Source of the DNA: Clostridiales bacterium
GTDB lineage: Bacteria; Bacillota; Clostridia; Saccharofermentanales; Saccharofermentanaceae
Length of the DNA: 64,000 nucleotides
Direction: 5' to 3'
NCBI GenBank assembly: GCA_017940895.1
Contig: JAGAXM010000020.1
Coordinates: 788 to 64,787, forward strand
Part shown: positions 9,586-19,369 of the stretch, piece by piece
How the letters are laid out: each line of letters begins with the position of its first letter
How positions within the stretch are numbered: the stretch's first letter is position 1
Position numbers and translations under genes: made by a program
Notes under the pieces: generated by a model
Databases searched by the model: none
Told to the model about the DNA's origin: nothing
The model's input: only the letters and a program-made list of their open reading frames with translations

Positions 9586-10965
9586 ATGATGTCTGATAAA
9601 GAAGACAAACGAATATATACCTTAAGTCAGGAAGAGCCTTACATAGCCGTGATCAGAATGGGACTGCCGCTGATCGCGGGTATGTTTATTATGGTGCTTT
9701 ATAACTGGGTCGATACTTACTTCATCGGCCTTACCAAAGACGACTATCAACTCGCCGCAGTCAACCTGTCGTACCCCGTAATGATGGTCATGATCGCTCT
9801 TGCCAACATGATCGGCACCGGTGCGTCTTCGTTCATCGCAAGATGCCTCGGCGCGAACAACCTCGCCAAGGCGAAGCACACTCTCACAACCGGATTCGTG
9901 CTTACTGTCATCAACGGAATTCTGGTATCGCTTATTGGTCTTGCATTATTAGATAAGATCGTAAGCGGACTCGGCGCTGAAGAATTCACATATGAATACA
10001 CTAAGCAGTATGTAAGCATTATTCTTATTGGCAGCGTCTTTACAATGGGAAGTTACACGTTCAGCGCGTTCTTAAGAAGCGAGGGTTCGGTCAAGATCTC
10101 AATGATTGGTATGGTCGTCGGAACGATAGTAAATATCATCCTCGATCCGATCTTCATCTTCACGCTTAACATGCAGATTAGAGGTGCCGCGATCGCGACC
10201 GTACTTGGCAATGTCGCGGGTGCGCTTGTCTCGGTCATATTTTATCTGTTGGGTAAGAGTCTTCTTAAGCCCTCGGCTGAGATGCTTCGTCCGACCGCGG
10301 AGATCATTAAAGAGATCTACTGGGTAGGTGTGCCGGCGTCGCTCGAGACTTTGCTTACGGCTGCGGCGTACACGGTCAACAATAATCTTGCCGTGACATA
10401 CGGTCCTCTGACAGTTGCCGCGACAGGTATCGCACAGAAACTTATATCCCTCGGAAGCTATGTATATCAGGGCTTCGCGTCCGGTGTGCAGCCTATCATG
10501 GGTTATAACTACGGTGCGAAAAACTACACAAGAATGAAGGCGGTTCTTAAGGCCGGCGTCATAACTGTAACAACGATGGAATTGATCCTCATGGCGGCAT
10601 ACGGCATCCTTGCGCCGACACTGGTCGATATATTCACCGATTCACCGGAAGTCATAAGGATTGGCGCGCAGGCGGTAAGAGCGATGATGCTGATACTGCC
10701 TTTCGTAGGTTCGGTATCGATGTGCCGTATGTCCTTCCAGGCGATGGGCAAGCCCGTATACGCTTTCTGCATCACGCTGGTGCGCCAGCTGATCCTGTAC
10801 ATCCCGCTTCTTATCATCTTCAATAAGCTCTTCGGATTTAAGGGACTTATACACGCTCAGCCCGTGACCGAAGCCGTCATGATGGCAGTCTCCATAATGT
10901 TTTTGTTAAGGTTTATTGATAGAATTAATGACGAGAACAGTTACGGAGGAAGTAATCATGAATAA
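9586..10965 (+). CDS. MATE family efflux transporter
   Basis: About 12 TM segments; GLPLIAGM, ILDPIFIF, GAAIATV, GVQPIMGYNYGA motifs. Confidence 0.92.
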   Translation: MMSDKEDKRIYTLSQEEPYIAVIRMGLPLIAGMFIMVLYNWVDTYFIGLTKDDYQLAAVNLSYPVMMVMIALANMIGTGASSFIARCLGANNLAKAKHTLTTGFVLTVINGILVSLIGLALLDKIVSGLGAEEFTYEYTKQYVSIILIGSVFTMGSYTFSAFLRSEGSVKISMIGMVVGTIVNIILDPIFIFTLNMQIRGAAIATVLGNVAGALVSVIFYLLGKSLLKPSAEMLRPTAEIIKEIYWVGVPASLETLLTAAAYTVNNNLAVTYGPLTVAATGIAQKLISLGSYVYQGFASGVQPIMGYNYGAKNYTRMKAVLKAGVITVTTMELILMAAYGILAPTLVDIFTDSPEVIRIGAQAVRAMMLILPFVGSVSMCRMSFQAMGKPVYAFCITLVRQLILYIPLLIIFNKLFGFKGLIHAQPVTEAVMMAVSIMFLLRFIDRINDENSYGGSNHE

Positions 10966-11422
10966 TTCGGCACCCTTAATCGGAGCAGCACTTGTAGTAG
11001 GTTTTATCGTAATCGTAGTTCTGTGCGTGCTCGCTGACAGCAAGTCAAAGAAGAAGTTCATGAATATGATCCAGGAGACTTACACGATCAAGGATAAGTC
11101 CGGTCAGATTATCATTACTTCCAACAATGAGATCATGTTCTCAGTTCCCTCCGGGACACTGCCCGGATACAAGAAATTCGCTCTCGAGGATATCGCTTAT
11201 GTAGGCTTCTACGTAAACCGCGGACAGAAGTCATTCAGTTTTCTCGACTCAAACAAGAAGGCGATGAAGGGTGAGTATCTTACACCTTCCAAGAAACCTT
11301 TGCTTCAGAAGGGTATGGCAGCTTTCCCCATGTCATCAGGAGAGCAGGATCAGATCTTCGAGTTTGTAAAGAAATATAAGTCAGACGTTCTTAAGATCGT
11401 AAACGGCAACGTCTCCGAGTAA
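10958..11422 (+). CDS. Single-TM hypothetical protein
   Basis: RBS GGAGGA before ATG 10958, overlapping the MATE stop; N-terminal TM. Confidence 0.7.
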   Translation: MNNSAPLIGAALVVGFIVIVVLCVLADSKSKKKFMNMIQETYTIKDKSGQIIITSNNEIMFSVPSGTLPGYKKFALEDIAYVGFYVNRGQKSFSFLDSNKKAMKGEYLTPSKKPLLQKGMAAFPMSSGEQDQIFEFVKKYKSDVLKIVNGNVSE

Positions 11423-11675
11423 TATGCCGGACCCTAAGGGCGACCTGCTGATCCTGATATCATGGATGAGTGGTATCACAATGGTGCATTAGTCCTGTGG
11501 ACCAATGAGGACAAATGGTTTAATCTGTTCTACAACTGGTTCGCGTTCGCAGTAAACGGTATCCTCGGCATGAATGTCCTGACGATCCGGATCTGATCTC
11601 TTATTAATATATTATTATAGAACGCGCGCCCGCCCTGTGTTATTATAAAAACGACTTGATAATTTGGGGTGTGTT

Positions 11676-14039
11676 ATGACCAAATGGATAATTGTTGTTG
11701 ATGATGATACCGCCAATCTTAAGATGGCGGGTCATATCCTGAGTAAGAACAATATGCGCGTTACGGCGCTGAAGTCAGGTAAGTCTTTCCTTGATTACGT
11801 TGATACCAACGGCATGCCGGATCTGGTGCTTCTTGATATCAAGATGCCGGAGATGGACGGCTTCGAGACTTTGCTTAAGTTAAGGGAGCTCGAGGAGAAG
11901 AAGGGACTCATGAAGACGCCGGTCATCTTTCTTACCGCAGACGAAGATGTTGATACAGAGACAAGAGGCTTCGAGGTCGGTGTATCCGACTTTATAAGAA
12001 AGCCTTTTAACCCGGACGTACTTCTTCGAAGACTTGATAATATCCTGTCGAGTACGCAGCAGATCATAAACCTTACAAGTGAGGCTACGATCGACAAGCT
12101 CACGGGATTCCTGAATAAGAGTGCGACCGGCGTGGAGCTGTCCAAGCAGTGTTCCGATACGACCGGGTGCCTCATGATGATCGACCTTGACTCATTCAAG
12201 CTCGTAAACGACATCTACGGTCACGAGATGGGCGATAAGGTGCTCATCGCTTTCGCGGATATCATAAGAGAGGCGCTCCCTGCGGGAAGTAAGCACGGAC
12301 GTATCGGAGGCGACGAGTTCGTCTCATTCGCGGCGGGCGTCACGACGGAAGACAGAGTCGCCGACATCACTGCAAAGATCAATGCGGATCTCGTGCGTAA
12401 GGCGAAGGAACTGATGGGCGACGATATGAGCATTCCTCTCGGTGCTTCCGTCGGAGGCATCTTTGTTCCGAGATTCGGTAACGAATATAATTCGCTTCTC
12501 AAGCTCGCTGATAAGTCCCTGTACATCGTAAAGAAGAACGGCAAGCACGGATATGAGCTTTACGATGACGATATGGAAGACGAGACCGAGGGTGCACAGG
12601 ATCTTGATATCAAAGCGTTATCCGAGATCCTGGGCGAGAGATCGATCCAGAATGTCGCACTGCAGTTGGACAAAGACTCGTTCTCTCCCGTTTACCGCTA
12701 TGTAATCCGCTACATCATCAGACATCACATCGATGCATGTAAGGTGCTGTTTACTCTTGCTCCTTCACGAGGCAATGCCGACGTCGAATACTACGAGAGT
12801 GTCGACGAGTTCGGCAACCACATAAGAGAGTCGCTTCGTAAGTCCGATATCTTCATGAGAAACAGGAAGAATCAGTACTTCGTATTCTTAACGGACATAA
12901 GAGCCGATTCGGTCGGTAAAGTAATCGGACACATAATGAATTCCTGGAAGAAGAAGGGGATCGATAATCTTGCCATCTCATATGAGACCGAGTTCATCGG
13001 CAACAACGCCGAGCAGGTCAAGGTAGAGAAGACCAAGAGAGTCTGTATCGTTGATGACGATGCGATCAATCTTCAGGTCGCAGGCAAGATCTTAAGCAAA
13101 GACGGGATCCATGTTACCGCGTTGAAGTCGGGAGAAGCTCTTTTCGAGCAGCTCGATAAGACGGACGTGCTGCCGGACCTTATCCTCCTCGACGTCAAGA
13201 TGCCCGGCATGGACGGCTACGAGACAATAAGGAGACTTCATTCGCTCGAGACACCCGCTTCGAAGATCCCTGTCATGTTCCTTACGGCAGACGAGAGCGA
13301 CGGCGCGGAGAGGGAAGGCCTCACGTTAGGCGCGATGGACTTCATACGTAAGCCTTTCGTGCCGGAGGTGCTGCTGCTTCGTGTGAACAACATAATCGAG
13401 CTCGTAACGCTTCAGAAGCAGCTGTACTTCGAGGTCGAGCAGAAAACACGTGAGAATAAGGAACTGTTCCTGCAGATCGTAAGCTCGCTTGTTGCCGCGA
13501 TCGAGACCAAGGACGAGTATACGAAGGGTCACAGCAGACGCGTGGCGCAGTACTCGAAGATGATCGCGAAAAGACTCGGGTACTCGGACGCCAGACAGGA
13601 CGAGATGTATATGATCGGCATCCTGCATGACGTAGGTAAGATCGGTATAAAGATCGACGTACTGAATAAGAAAGGCTCGCTCGATAAAGACGAGTACGAG
13701 CAGATCAAGACGCACGCTTTTAAGGGTGCATCGATCTTAAACAACATCGAGACGAATCCGAGGTTCGCTCTGGGCGCGAAGCACCATCACGAGCGCTACG
13801 ACGGCACGGGTTATCCCGAGGGTCTCAAGGGAGACAAGATCCCCGAGGAAGCGAGGATAATCGCAGTAGCCGATGCTTATGATGCGATGTCATCTGACAG
13901 AAGCTACAGAGATCATCTTCCTCAGGACGAGATAAGAAGGGAACTTATTGAAGGCAAGGGGACGCAGTTCGATCCCGTATATGCCGACATAATGCTCTCG
14001 ATTATGGACGAAGACAAAGACTACAGATTAAAGGGTTAA
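11676..14039 (+). CDS. REC-GGDEF-(degenerate domain)-REC-HD-GYP c-di-GMP cyclase/phosphodiesterase
   Basis: Two intact receivers (VVDDD..LLDIKMP..FLTA..KPF), RIGGDEF, HDVGK, HHERYDGTGYP. Confidence 0.92.
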   Translation: MTKWIIVVDDDTANLKMAGHILSKNNMRVTALKSGKSFLDYVDTNGMPDLVLLDIKMPEMDGFETLLKLRELEEKKGLMKTPVIFLTADEDVDTETRGFEVGVSDFIRKPFNPDVLLRRLDNILSSTQQIINLTSEATIDKLTGFLNKSATGVELSKQCSDTTGCLMMIDLDSFKLVNDIYGHEMGDKVLIAFADIIREALPAGSKHGRIGGDEFVSFAAGVTTEDRVADITAKINADLVRKAKELMGDDMSIPLGASVGGIFVPRFGNEYNSLLKLADKSLYIVKKNGKHGYELYDDDMEDETEGAQDLDIKALSEILGERSIQNVALQLDKDSFSPVYRYVIRYIIRHHIDACKVLFTLAPSRGNADVEYYESVDEFGNHIRESLRKSDIFMRNRKNQYFVFLTDIRADSVGKVIGHIMNSWKKKGIDNLAISYETEFIGNNAEQVKVEKTKRVCIVDDDAINLQVAGKILSKDGIHVTALKSGEALFEQLDKTDVLPDLILLDVKMPGMDGYETIRRLHSLETPASKIPVMFLTADESDGAEREGLTLGAMDFIRKPFVPEVLLLRVNNIIELVTLQKQLYFEVEQKTRENKELFLQIVSSLVAAIETKDEYTKGHSRRVAQYSKMIAKRLGYSDARQDEMYMIGILHDVGKIGIKIDVLNKKGSLDKDEYEQIKTHAFKGASILNNIETNPRFALGAKHHHERYDGTGYPEGLKGDKIPEEARIIAVADAYDAMSSDRSYRDHLPQDEIRRELIEGKGTQFDPVYADIMLSIMDEDKDYRLKG

Positions 14040-14046
14040 TGAAGTT

Positions 14047-16626
14047 ATGACCACGACTGTCGAAAGCAACGAATTATTCCAGACATCACACCTTACACTA
14101 CTCATAAGTTATACGCTGTTCTCGACGGCGCTTATAATCGAATCATTCCTGATGGGATGGGAGAAATGGATGCTCCTGCTTGTGGTCGCAGGCGTCATAG
14201 TCTCCTGGATACTTCACATCAGACATAACACTCCCGCGAATGTCAGGATCTGGATATATGCGGTCCTCATGATGGGAGAGTTCTTCTTCTACGGTACGCA
14301 TCAGACAAGCACATTCGATCTTGCCGTAGTCATTTCCGCACTTATCATGCTGTTTACGATGACGGGCATCAAGTCGCTCATAAGCCTGTGCCAGTTCACT
14401 TACTACGGTACCATGGCATACGAGATCGTTATGATGGTGCTTAACCACGAGCCGTTCGATGCTCTTATCATCTCCCGTTCGGTACTTCATGTCGTCATGG
14501 TATTCTTCATCGGAAGATTCGCGAAGATCATCATAGACAAGTGGCAGGAAGTTCTTAACAGATCCAAGGATGAGGTAATCCAGCTTAAGTACGCGACCGA
14601 GAAATTGAACGACTTTCTCGCGAACGTATCGCATGAGTTAAGAACTCCTGTCAATGCGATCATCGGTCTTTCTACGATCTGCATCGAGAAGAGCCGTAAC
14701 CGTGCGGTCGAAGGCGACATGATCGCCGTCCGTAATGCGGGCAGAAGAGTCGCCGAGCAGATAAGCGATATCCTTGATTATTCCGAGATCGACCGTCATA
14801 AGGCGGTCCGTAACAACGAAGACTATATGCTCTCTTCCGTACTTCACGACCTCGTAACCGAGATAAAGCAGTATAAGACCAAGGACGTAGAGCTCATCAT
14901 AGACGTTGATCCTTCAATCCCTGCTGTAATGAATTCAGACGTCAGCAAGTTGAAGAAGATCCTTAAGGCTCTGATCAGCAACGGCCTTAAGTACACACAG
15001 AAGGGCGGCGTCTATGTAAGGATCTCGACCGAGGACCAGGAATACGGCGTTAACCTGTGCATCGAGGTAACCGACACCGGTATCGGTATGTCAGAGTATG
15101 AACTCGAGAAGGTATATGAGAGCTTCTATCAGGCTGATTCTTCACGCACAAGAATGGGCGGCGGTTTAGGATTGGGTCTTGCGATCGTATCGGGATTCGT
15201 ATCTCTGCTCGGCGGTTTCATGACCATCGACAGTAAGCCTGACGTCGGAACTACGGTTCACGTAAGTATACCTCAGAAGGTAGTCGATCCCGTATCGTGC
15301 ATGTCTGTTGCAAATCCCGACAAGCTCTGCCTCGGTGCGTTCCTGCACTTCGAGAAGTACGAGAACCCAGCCGTACGTGATTACTACAACGCGATGGTGC
15401 TTAATATCGTTAAGGGCCTCGGGGTTCAGATGCACCGCGTTAATAACGCTAATAACCTGAAGCTTCTTCGTGACTCGATACACCTGACACATGTCTTTGT
15501 CGGTGAAGAGGAGTACCGCGATAACGTCGATCTTCTCGAGAAGCTCGCACGCGATATGGTAGTCGCTGTCGTCGCGAATGATGATCTCGTTCTCCCCAAG
15601 AACTCGCGCGTCAAGCTCCTGGAGAAGCCTTTCTACTGCTTCCCGGTAGTATCTGTTCTGAACTCGTCTGTCGGCGATGTTGCTGACACCGTTAAGAAGA
15701 TGCGCTGCAACGGCGTACGTGCGCTCGTAGTCGACGATGAGTCGATGAACCTCGTAGTAGCGAAGAGCATCTTCTCAAGATACGGCATGGAAGTCACGAC
15801 CGTTACCTCCGGACAGGAGTCTATCGACATCTGCCGCGAAAAGGTTTTCGACATCATCTTCATGGATCACATGATGAGCGGCATGGACGGTGTCGAGGCG
15901 ATGAAGAGGATACGTACGGATGTATCCGGTCTCAATGCTTCGATCCCGATCGTCGCACTGACTGCGAATGCTATGAGTTCGGCAAAGCAGATGTTCCTTG
16001 CGGAGGGCTTCGACGGATTCGTAAGCAAGCCTGTGGAGACTGAAGAGCTCGAGCGTGTATTGAAGCTTGTGCTTCCTAAGAAGTCAATCACATATGACGA
16101 CGGCAGTGCCCCGGAAGAAGATGATGATTATGCTGAGACTCCCAAGGCTCCGGCACTCGTTCCCGGAGATGTCGAGGCGGCTGATCCCATGGATAAGCTC
16201 GATGACGCGGGCATTAATACTGCAGCGGGTCTTAAGTACTGTGTGGATGATGTAGAGTTCTATAAGTCACTGCTTATACAGTTCGCATCCGAATACGATG
16301 AGAAGATCGAATCGATGAAGTCCTATTACGGTAAGAAGGACTGGCACAATTACGAGATCCTCGTACATGCGCTTAAGAGTACTGCGAAGATGATCGGTGC
16401 GGCGGATCTGTCCGAGAAAGCCAAGTCTCTTGAGATGGCTTCCAAGAACAATGACGAAGCATTTATTTTGAGTAATCACGATCAGACAATGATGGATTAC
16501 GGAAGGATATGCGGCGAGATCAAGGCGCAGCTTATGAATATCCCGGCAGATGCAGATGAAGACGATGATGAGGTCTTCGAATTCGTGCCGGAAGACGATT
16601 CTGCAAAGGGAGGTGATATGGCATGA
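14047..16626 (+). CDS. Hybrid sensor histidine kinase (TM-HisKA-HATPase-pseudoREC-REC-HPt)
   Basis: H-box SHELRTP, N-box SNGLKY, G-boxes DTGIG and GLGLGL, REC FMDHMM, HPt VHALKS. Confidence 0.92.
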   Translation: MTTTVESNELFQTSHLTLLISYTLFSTALIIESFLMGWEKWMLLLVVAGVIVSWILHIRHNTPANVRIWIYAVLMMGEFFFYGTHQTSTFDLAVVISALIMLFTMTGIKSLISLCQFTYYGTMAYEIVMMVLNHEPFDALIISRSVLHVVMVFFIGRFAKIIIDKWQEVLNRSKDEVIQLKYATEKLNDFLANVSHELRTPVNAIIGLSTICIEKSRNRAVEGDMIAVRNAGRRVAEQISDILDYSEIDRHKAVRNNEDYMLSSVLHDLVTEIKQYKTKDVELIIDVDPSIPAVMNSDVSKLKKILKALISNGLKYTQKGGVYVRISTEDQEYGVNLCIEVTDTGIGMSEYELEKVYESFYQADSSRTRMGGGLGLGLAIVSGFVSLLGGFMTIDSKPDVGTTVHVSIPQKVVDPVSCMSVANPDKLCLGAFLHFEKYENPAVRDYYNAMVLNIVKGLGVQMHRVNNANNLKLLRDSIHLTHVFVGEEEYRDNVDLLEKLARDMVVAVVANDDLVLPKNSRVKLLEKPFYCFPVVSVLNSSVGDVADTVKKMRCNGVRALVVDDESMNLVVAKSIFSRYGMEVTTVTSGQESIDICREKVFDIIFMDHMMSGMDGVEAMKRIRTDVSGLNASIPIVALTANAMSSAKQMFLAEGFDGFVSKPVETEELERVLKLVLPKKSITYDDGSAPEEDDDYAETPKAPALVPGDVEAADPMDKLDDAGINTAAGLKYCVDDVEFYKSLLIQFASEYDEKIESMKSYYGKKDWHNYEILVHALKSTAKMIGAADLSEKAKSLEMASKNNDEAFILSNHDQTMMDYGRICGEIKAQLMNIPADADEDDDEVFEFVPEDDSAKGGDMA

Positions 16627-19349
16627 GAGACATGTTCAGATATCTGTTCAGGCCGTCAACCAATGACCCCGAGGCAGTAAAGTCAACCTATTACGAATCA
16701 GTAGGACCTACCAAGGTCACGATGTACATATCGTTTGTAACGGCGGTCATATTCCTGACGCTTACATTCGTATATCCTCCGTACTTCGGAGGCACGACTG
16801 TGTTATATCACCAGCTGTGCTATATATGGCTGCTTCTTGTAGTTGTTATATGGTTCGCCGGAATGCATTATGCGATGAAGGATTACGCGACCAGATATAA
16901 GACTGTCTATGTTCTTAACCACTTCATGGGAATATCGCTTTATTTATGGGTTATGTCTCTCGTTATCGTCAACTCCCTTGCCAGAGGCACAGTTGATACG
17001 ACTCTGTTCATGACCGTAGCGCTGGTAGTTCCTTTGTGTGTTTACTTTAACCCGATAGCATATGTCATCGTCTCGCTGTCATCGAACTGCATCATGATGA
17101 CATTCCTCTATATCATGGTAAGCAAGGGTGCGATCGAGCCGAATGAGATGGCGAACTTCACGATCTTCTCCGTATTCCAGGTGCTGATGGGAATCATCAT
17201 GTCCTATACCAGATACAGGCTTAACGATCAGCTCGTTAAGGCGGAGAGACAGCATAAAGAGATCGAGATGCTGAATAAGGCTCAGAACAGTTTCTTCTCG
17301 AATATGAGCCATGAGATCAGAACTCCTATCAACACGATCATCGGTCTTAACGAGATGATCTTAAGAGAGGACGTAAGTGAGGAAGTAATCGAGGATGCGG
17401 TCAACATCAAGGCTGCGGGTAAACTTCTTCTTAACCTCATCAACGATATCCTCGATATGAGTAAGTTCCAGTCCGGACGCATGCAGCTTCTTATCGAGCC
17501 GTACCGAACGGGCGATATGCTCTCCGATATCGTAGGTATGCTCTGGATCAGAGCCAAGGATAAGAAGCTCGACTTTAATGTCGATGTATCTCCTGACATC
17601 CCCGCAGAACTCGTCGGCGATGAAGTAAGAATCAAGCAGATCCTGATTAACGTTATCAACAATGCAATCAAGTATACGAGCGAAGGTTCCGTATCGCTCT
17701 CCGTTCAGTGCGAGATGAAGGAAGACAAGATCTGCAACATGATCTACATGATCTCCGATACGGGTATCGGTATCAAGACTGAGGACATTCCTTATCTGTT
17801 CTCCGCGTTCAAGAGAGTGGATGAGACCGTCAACAAGCACATCGAAGGAACGGGTCTCGGTCTGTCGATCGTAAAGCAGCTCGTAGATCTCATGGGCGGT
17901 AAGATCACGGTCAACAGTGTCTATAAGAAGGGTTCCACATTCATCATCGAGATCCCTCAGAGAGTTGAGCGCGAAGGTTCCGTCGGACAGTATGACTTCG
18001 AGAATTCACACGGTGCGGCTAAGCGTAAGGAATATGCACCGAAGTTCGAAGCACCTGATGCACGTATCCTCGTCGTCGATGATAATGAAGCGAACCTCAT
18101 GGTTGTAAGTAAGCTCTTACGAAGCACCAAGGTCCGCGTCGATACCGTTACGAGCGGTGCCGAGGCATTGAGAAGAACGCTTAACGTTAAGTACGATGCG
18201 ATCTTCATGGATCACCTGATGCCCGAGATGGACGGTGTCGAGTGCCGCCGTAAGATCAAGGAGCAGACGGGAGGACGATGCCGCGAGACTGCGATCGTAA
18301 TACTTACCGCGAATGCCGATGAAGAGAACCGCGCTCTGTATGCACGCGAGAATTTCGACGGGTATTTAAGTAAGCCCGTAAGCGGCGAAGAGCTTGAGAA
18401 CGAACTTTATAATATTCTCCCGAAGGAGATCGTTAAGATCACGGGTCAGAGAAGTGAGATCGCAGAGGATTCGATCTCGTGGATGAACGGCAGCAACAAG
18501 CGTAAGAGCGTCATCATTACCACTGAGAGTGTCGCCGATCTGTCGCCCGAAGTTATCCGCAAGTATAAGATCGGTATCCTTCCTCATAAGGTACGCACCG
18601 CAGAGGGTGTCTTCAAGGACGGCAAGGAGATCGAGACGCTTGGTGTTCTTAAGTATATGGAAGATCCGACTAATGCGGTTATGCCTATGGGTCCTACCGT
18701 AAGAGAGGCAGAGGAGTTCTTTGCAAAGCAATTGTCTTATGCGAATAACGTAATCCATATCTCCATCTCGAGTAAGGTCGAGAATTCAGGTTTCCAGCCT
18801 GCTATCGATGCGGCAAGGTCTTTCGATAATGTATTTGTCATTGATTCGCAGCACCTGTCGAGCGGTCAGGGAATACTGGCACTCGAGGCTGCACGTATGG
18901 CAGATCTCGGCATGCCGCCCGAGAAGATCGTCGAGGAGCTCGAGAACGTCAAGAAGAAGATCCGCACGAGCTTTATCGTTGATAACCTCGACTTCCTCGC
19001 ACGTGCAGGACAGGTCGGCAATGGTATCGCGAATGTCGTTAAGTCGCTGATGGGCCGTCCCGTACTCGTTCTTCGCAAGGGTAAGATGGGCGTCGGCATG
19101 GCGTACTTCGGGACGCGCGAAAAGGCGTGGAAGAGTTATATCGCTTCCGCTTTGTCCACTCCGGCTGCGATCGATAACCGCGTATTGTTTGTAACTTATG
19201 TAGGACTTACAAAACGCGATACCGATTGGATAAGAGAGCAGATCGAGAAGAGGATGGACTTCGACCAGATCTACTTTAAACAGGCGTCACCTGCCATCGC
19301 AGTTAACTGCGGCGCGGGTACGTTCGGACTTCTGTATATGGAGAAATAA
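16623..19349 (+). CDS. Hybrid histidine kinase (TM-HisKA-HATPase-REC) with a C-terminal DegV/FakB-like domain
   Basis: SHEIRTP, NNAIKY, GTGLGL, REC FMDHLMP. From ~18507, DegV-like IITTESVADL, HISISS, VIDSQHLSSGQG, FIVDNLDFL and VNCGAGTFGL. Confidence 0.85.
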   Translation: MRDMFRYLFRPSTNDPEAVKSTYYESVGPTKVTMYISFVTAVIFLTLTFVYPPYFGGTTVLYHQLCYIWLLLVVVIWFAGMHYAMKDYATRYKTVYVLNHFMGISLYLWVMSLVIVNSLARGTVDTTLFMTVALVVPLCVYFNPIAYVIVSLSSNCIMMTFLYIMVSKGAIEPNEMANFTIFSVFQVLMGIIMSYTRYRLNDQLVKAERQHKEIEMLNKAQNSFFSNMSHEIRTPINTIIGLNEMILREDVSEEVIEDAVNIKAAGKLLLNLINDILDMSKFQSGRMQLLIEPYRTGDMLSDIVGMLWIRAKDKKLDFNVDVSPDIPAELVGDEVRIKQILINVINNAIKYTSEGSVSLSVQCEMKEDKICNMIYMISDTGIGIKTEDIPYLFSAFKRVDETVNKHIEGTGLGLSIVKQLVDLMGGKITVNSVYKKGSTFIIEIPQRVEREGSVGQYDFENSHGAAKRKEYAPKFEAPDARILVVDDNEANLMVVSKLLRSTKVRVDTVTSGAEALRRTLNVKYDAIFMDHLMPEMDGVECRRKIKEQTGGRCRETAIVILTANADEENRALYARENFDGYLSKPVSGEELENELYNILPKEIVKITGQRSEIAEDSISWMNGSNKRKSVIITTESVADLSPEVIRKYKIGILPHKVRTAEGVFKDGKEIETLGVLKYMEDPTNAVMPMGPTVREAEEFFAKQLSYANNVIHISISSKVENSGFQPAIDAARSFDNVFVIDSQHLSSGQGILALEAARMADLGMPPEKIVEELENVKKKIRTSFIVDNLDFLARAGQVGNGIANVVKSLMGRPVLVLRKGKMGVGMAYFGTREKAWKSYIASALSTPAAIDNRVLFVTYVGLTKRDTDWIREQIEKRMDFDQIYFKQASPAIAVNCGAGTFGLLYMEK

Positions 19350-19369
19350 CGCGTCGGGGGTCGTGTTAA

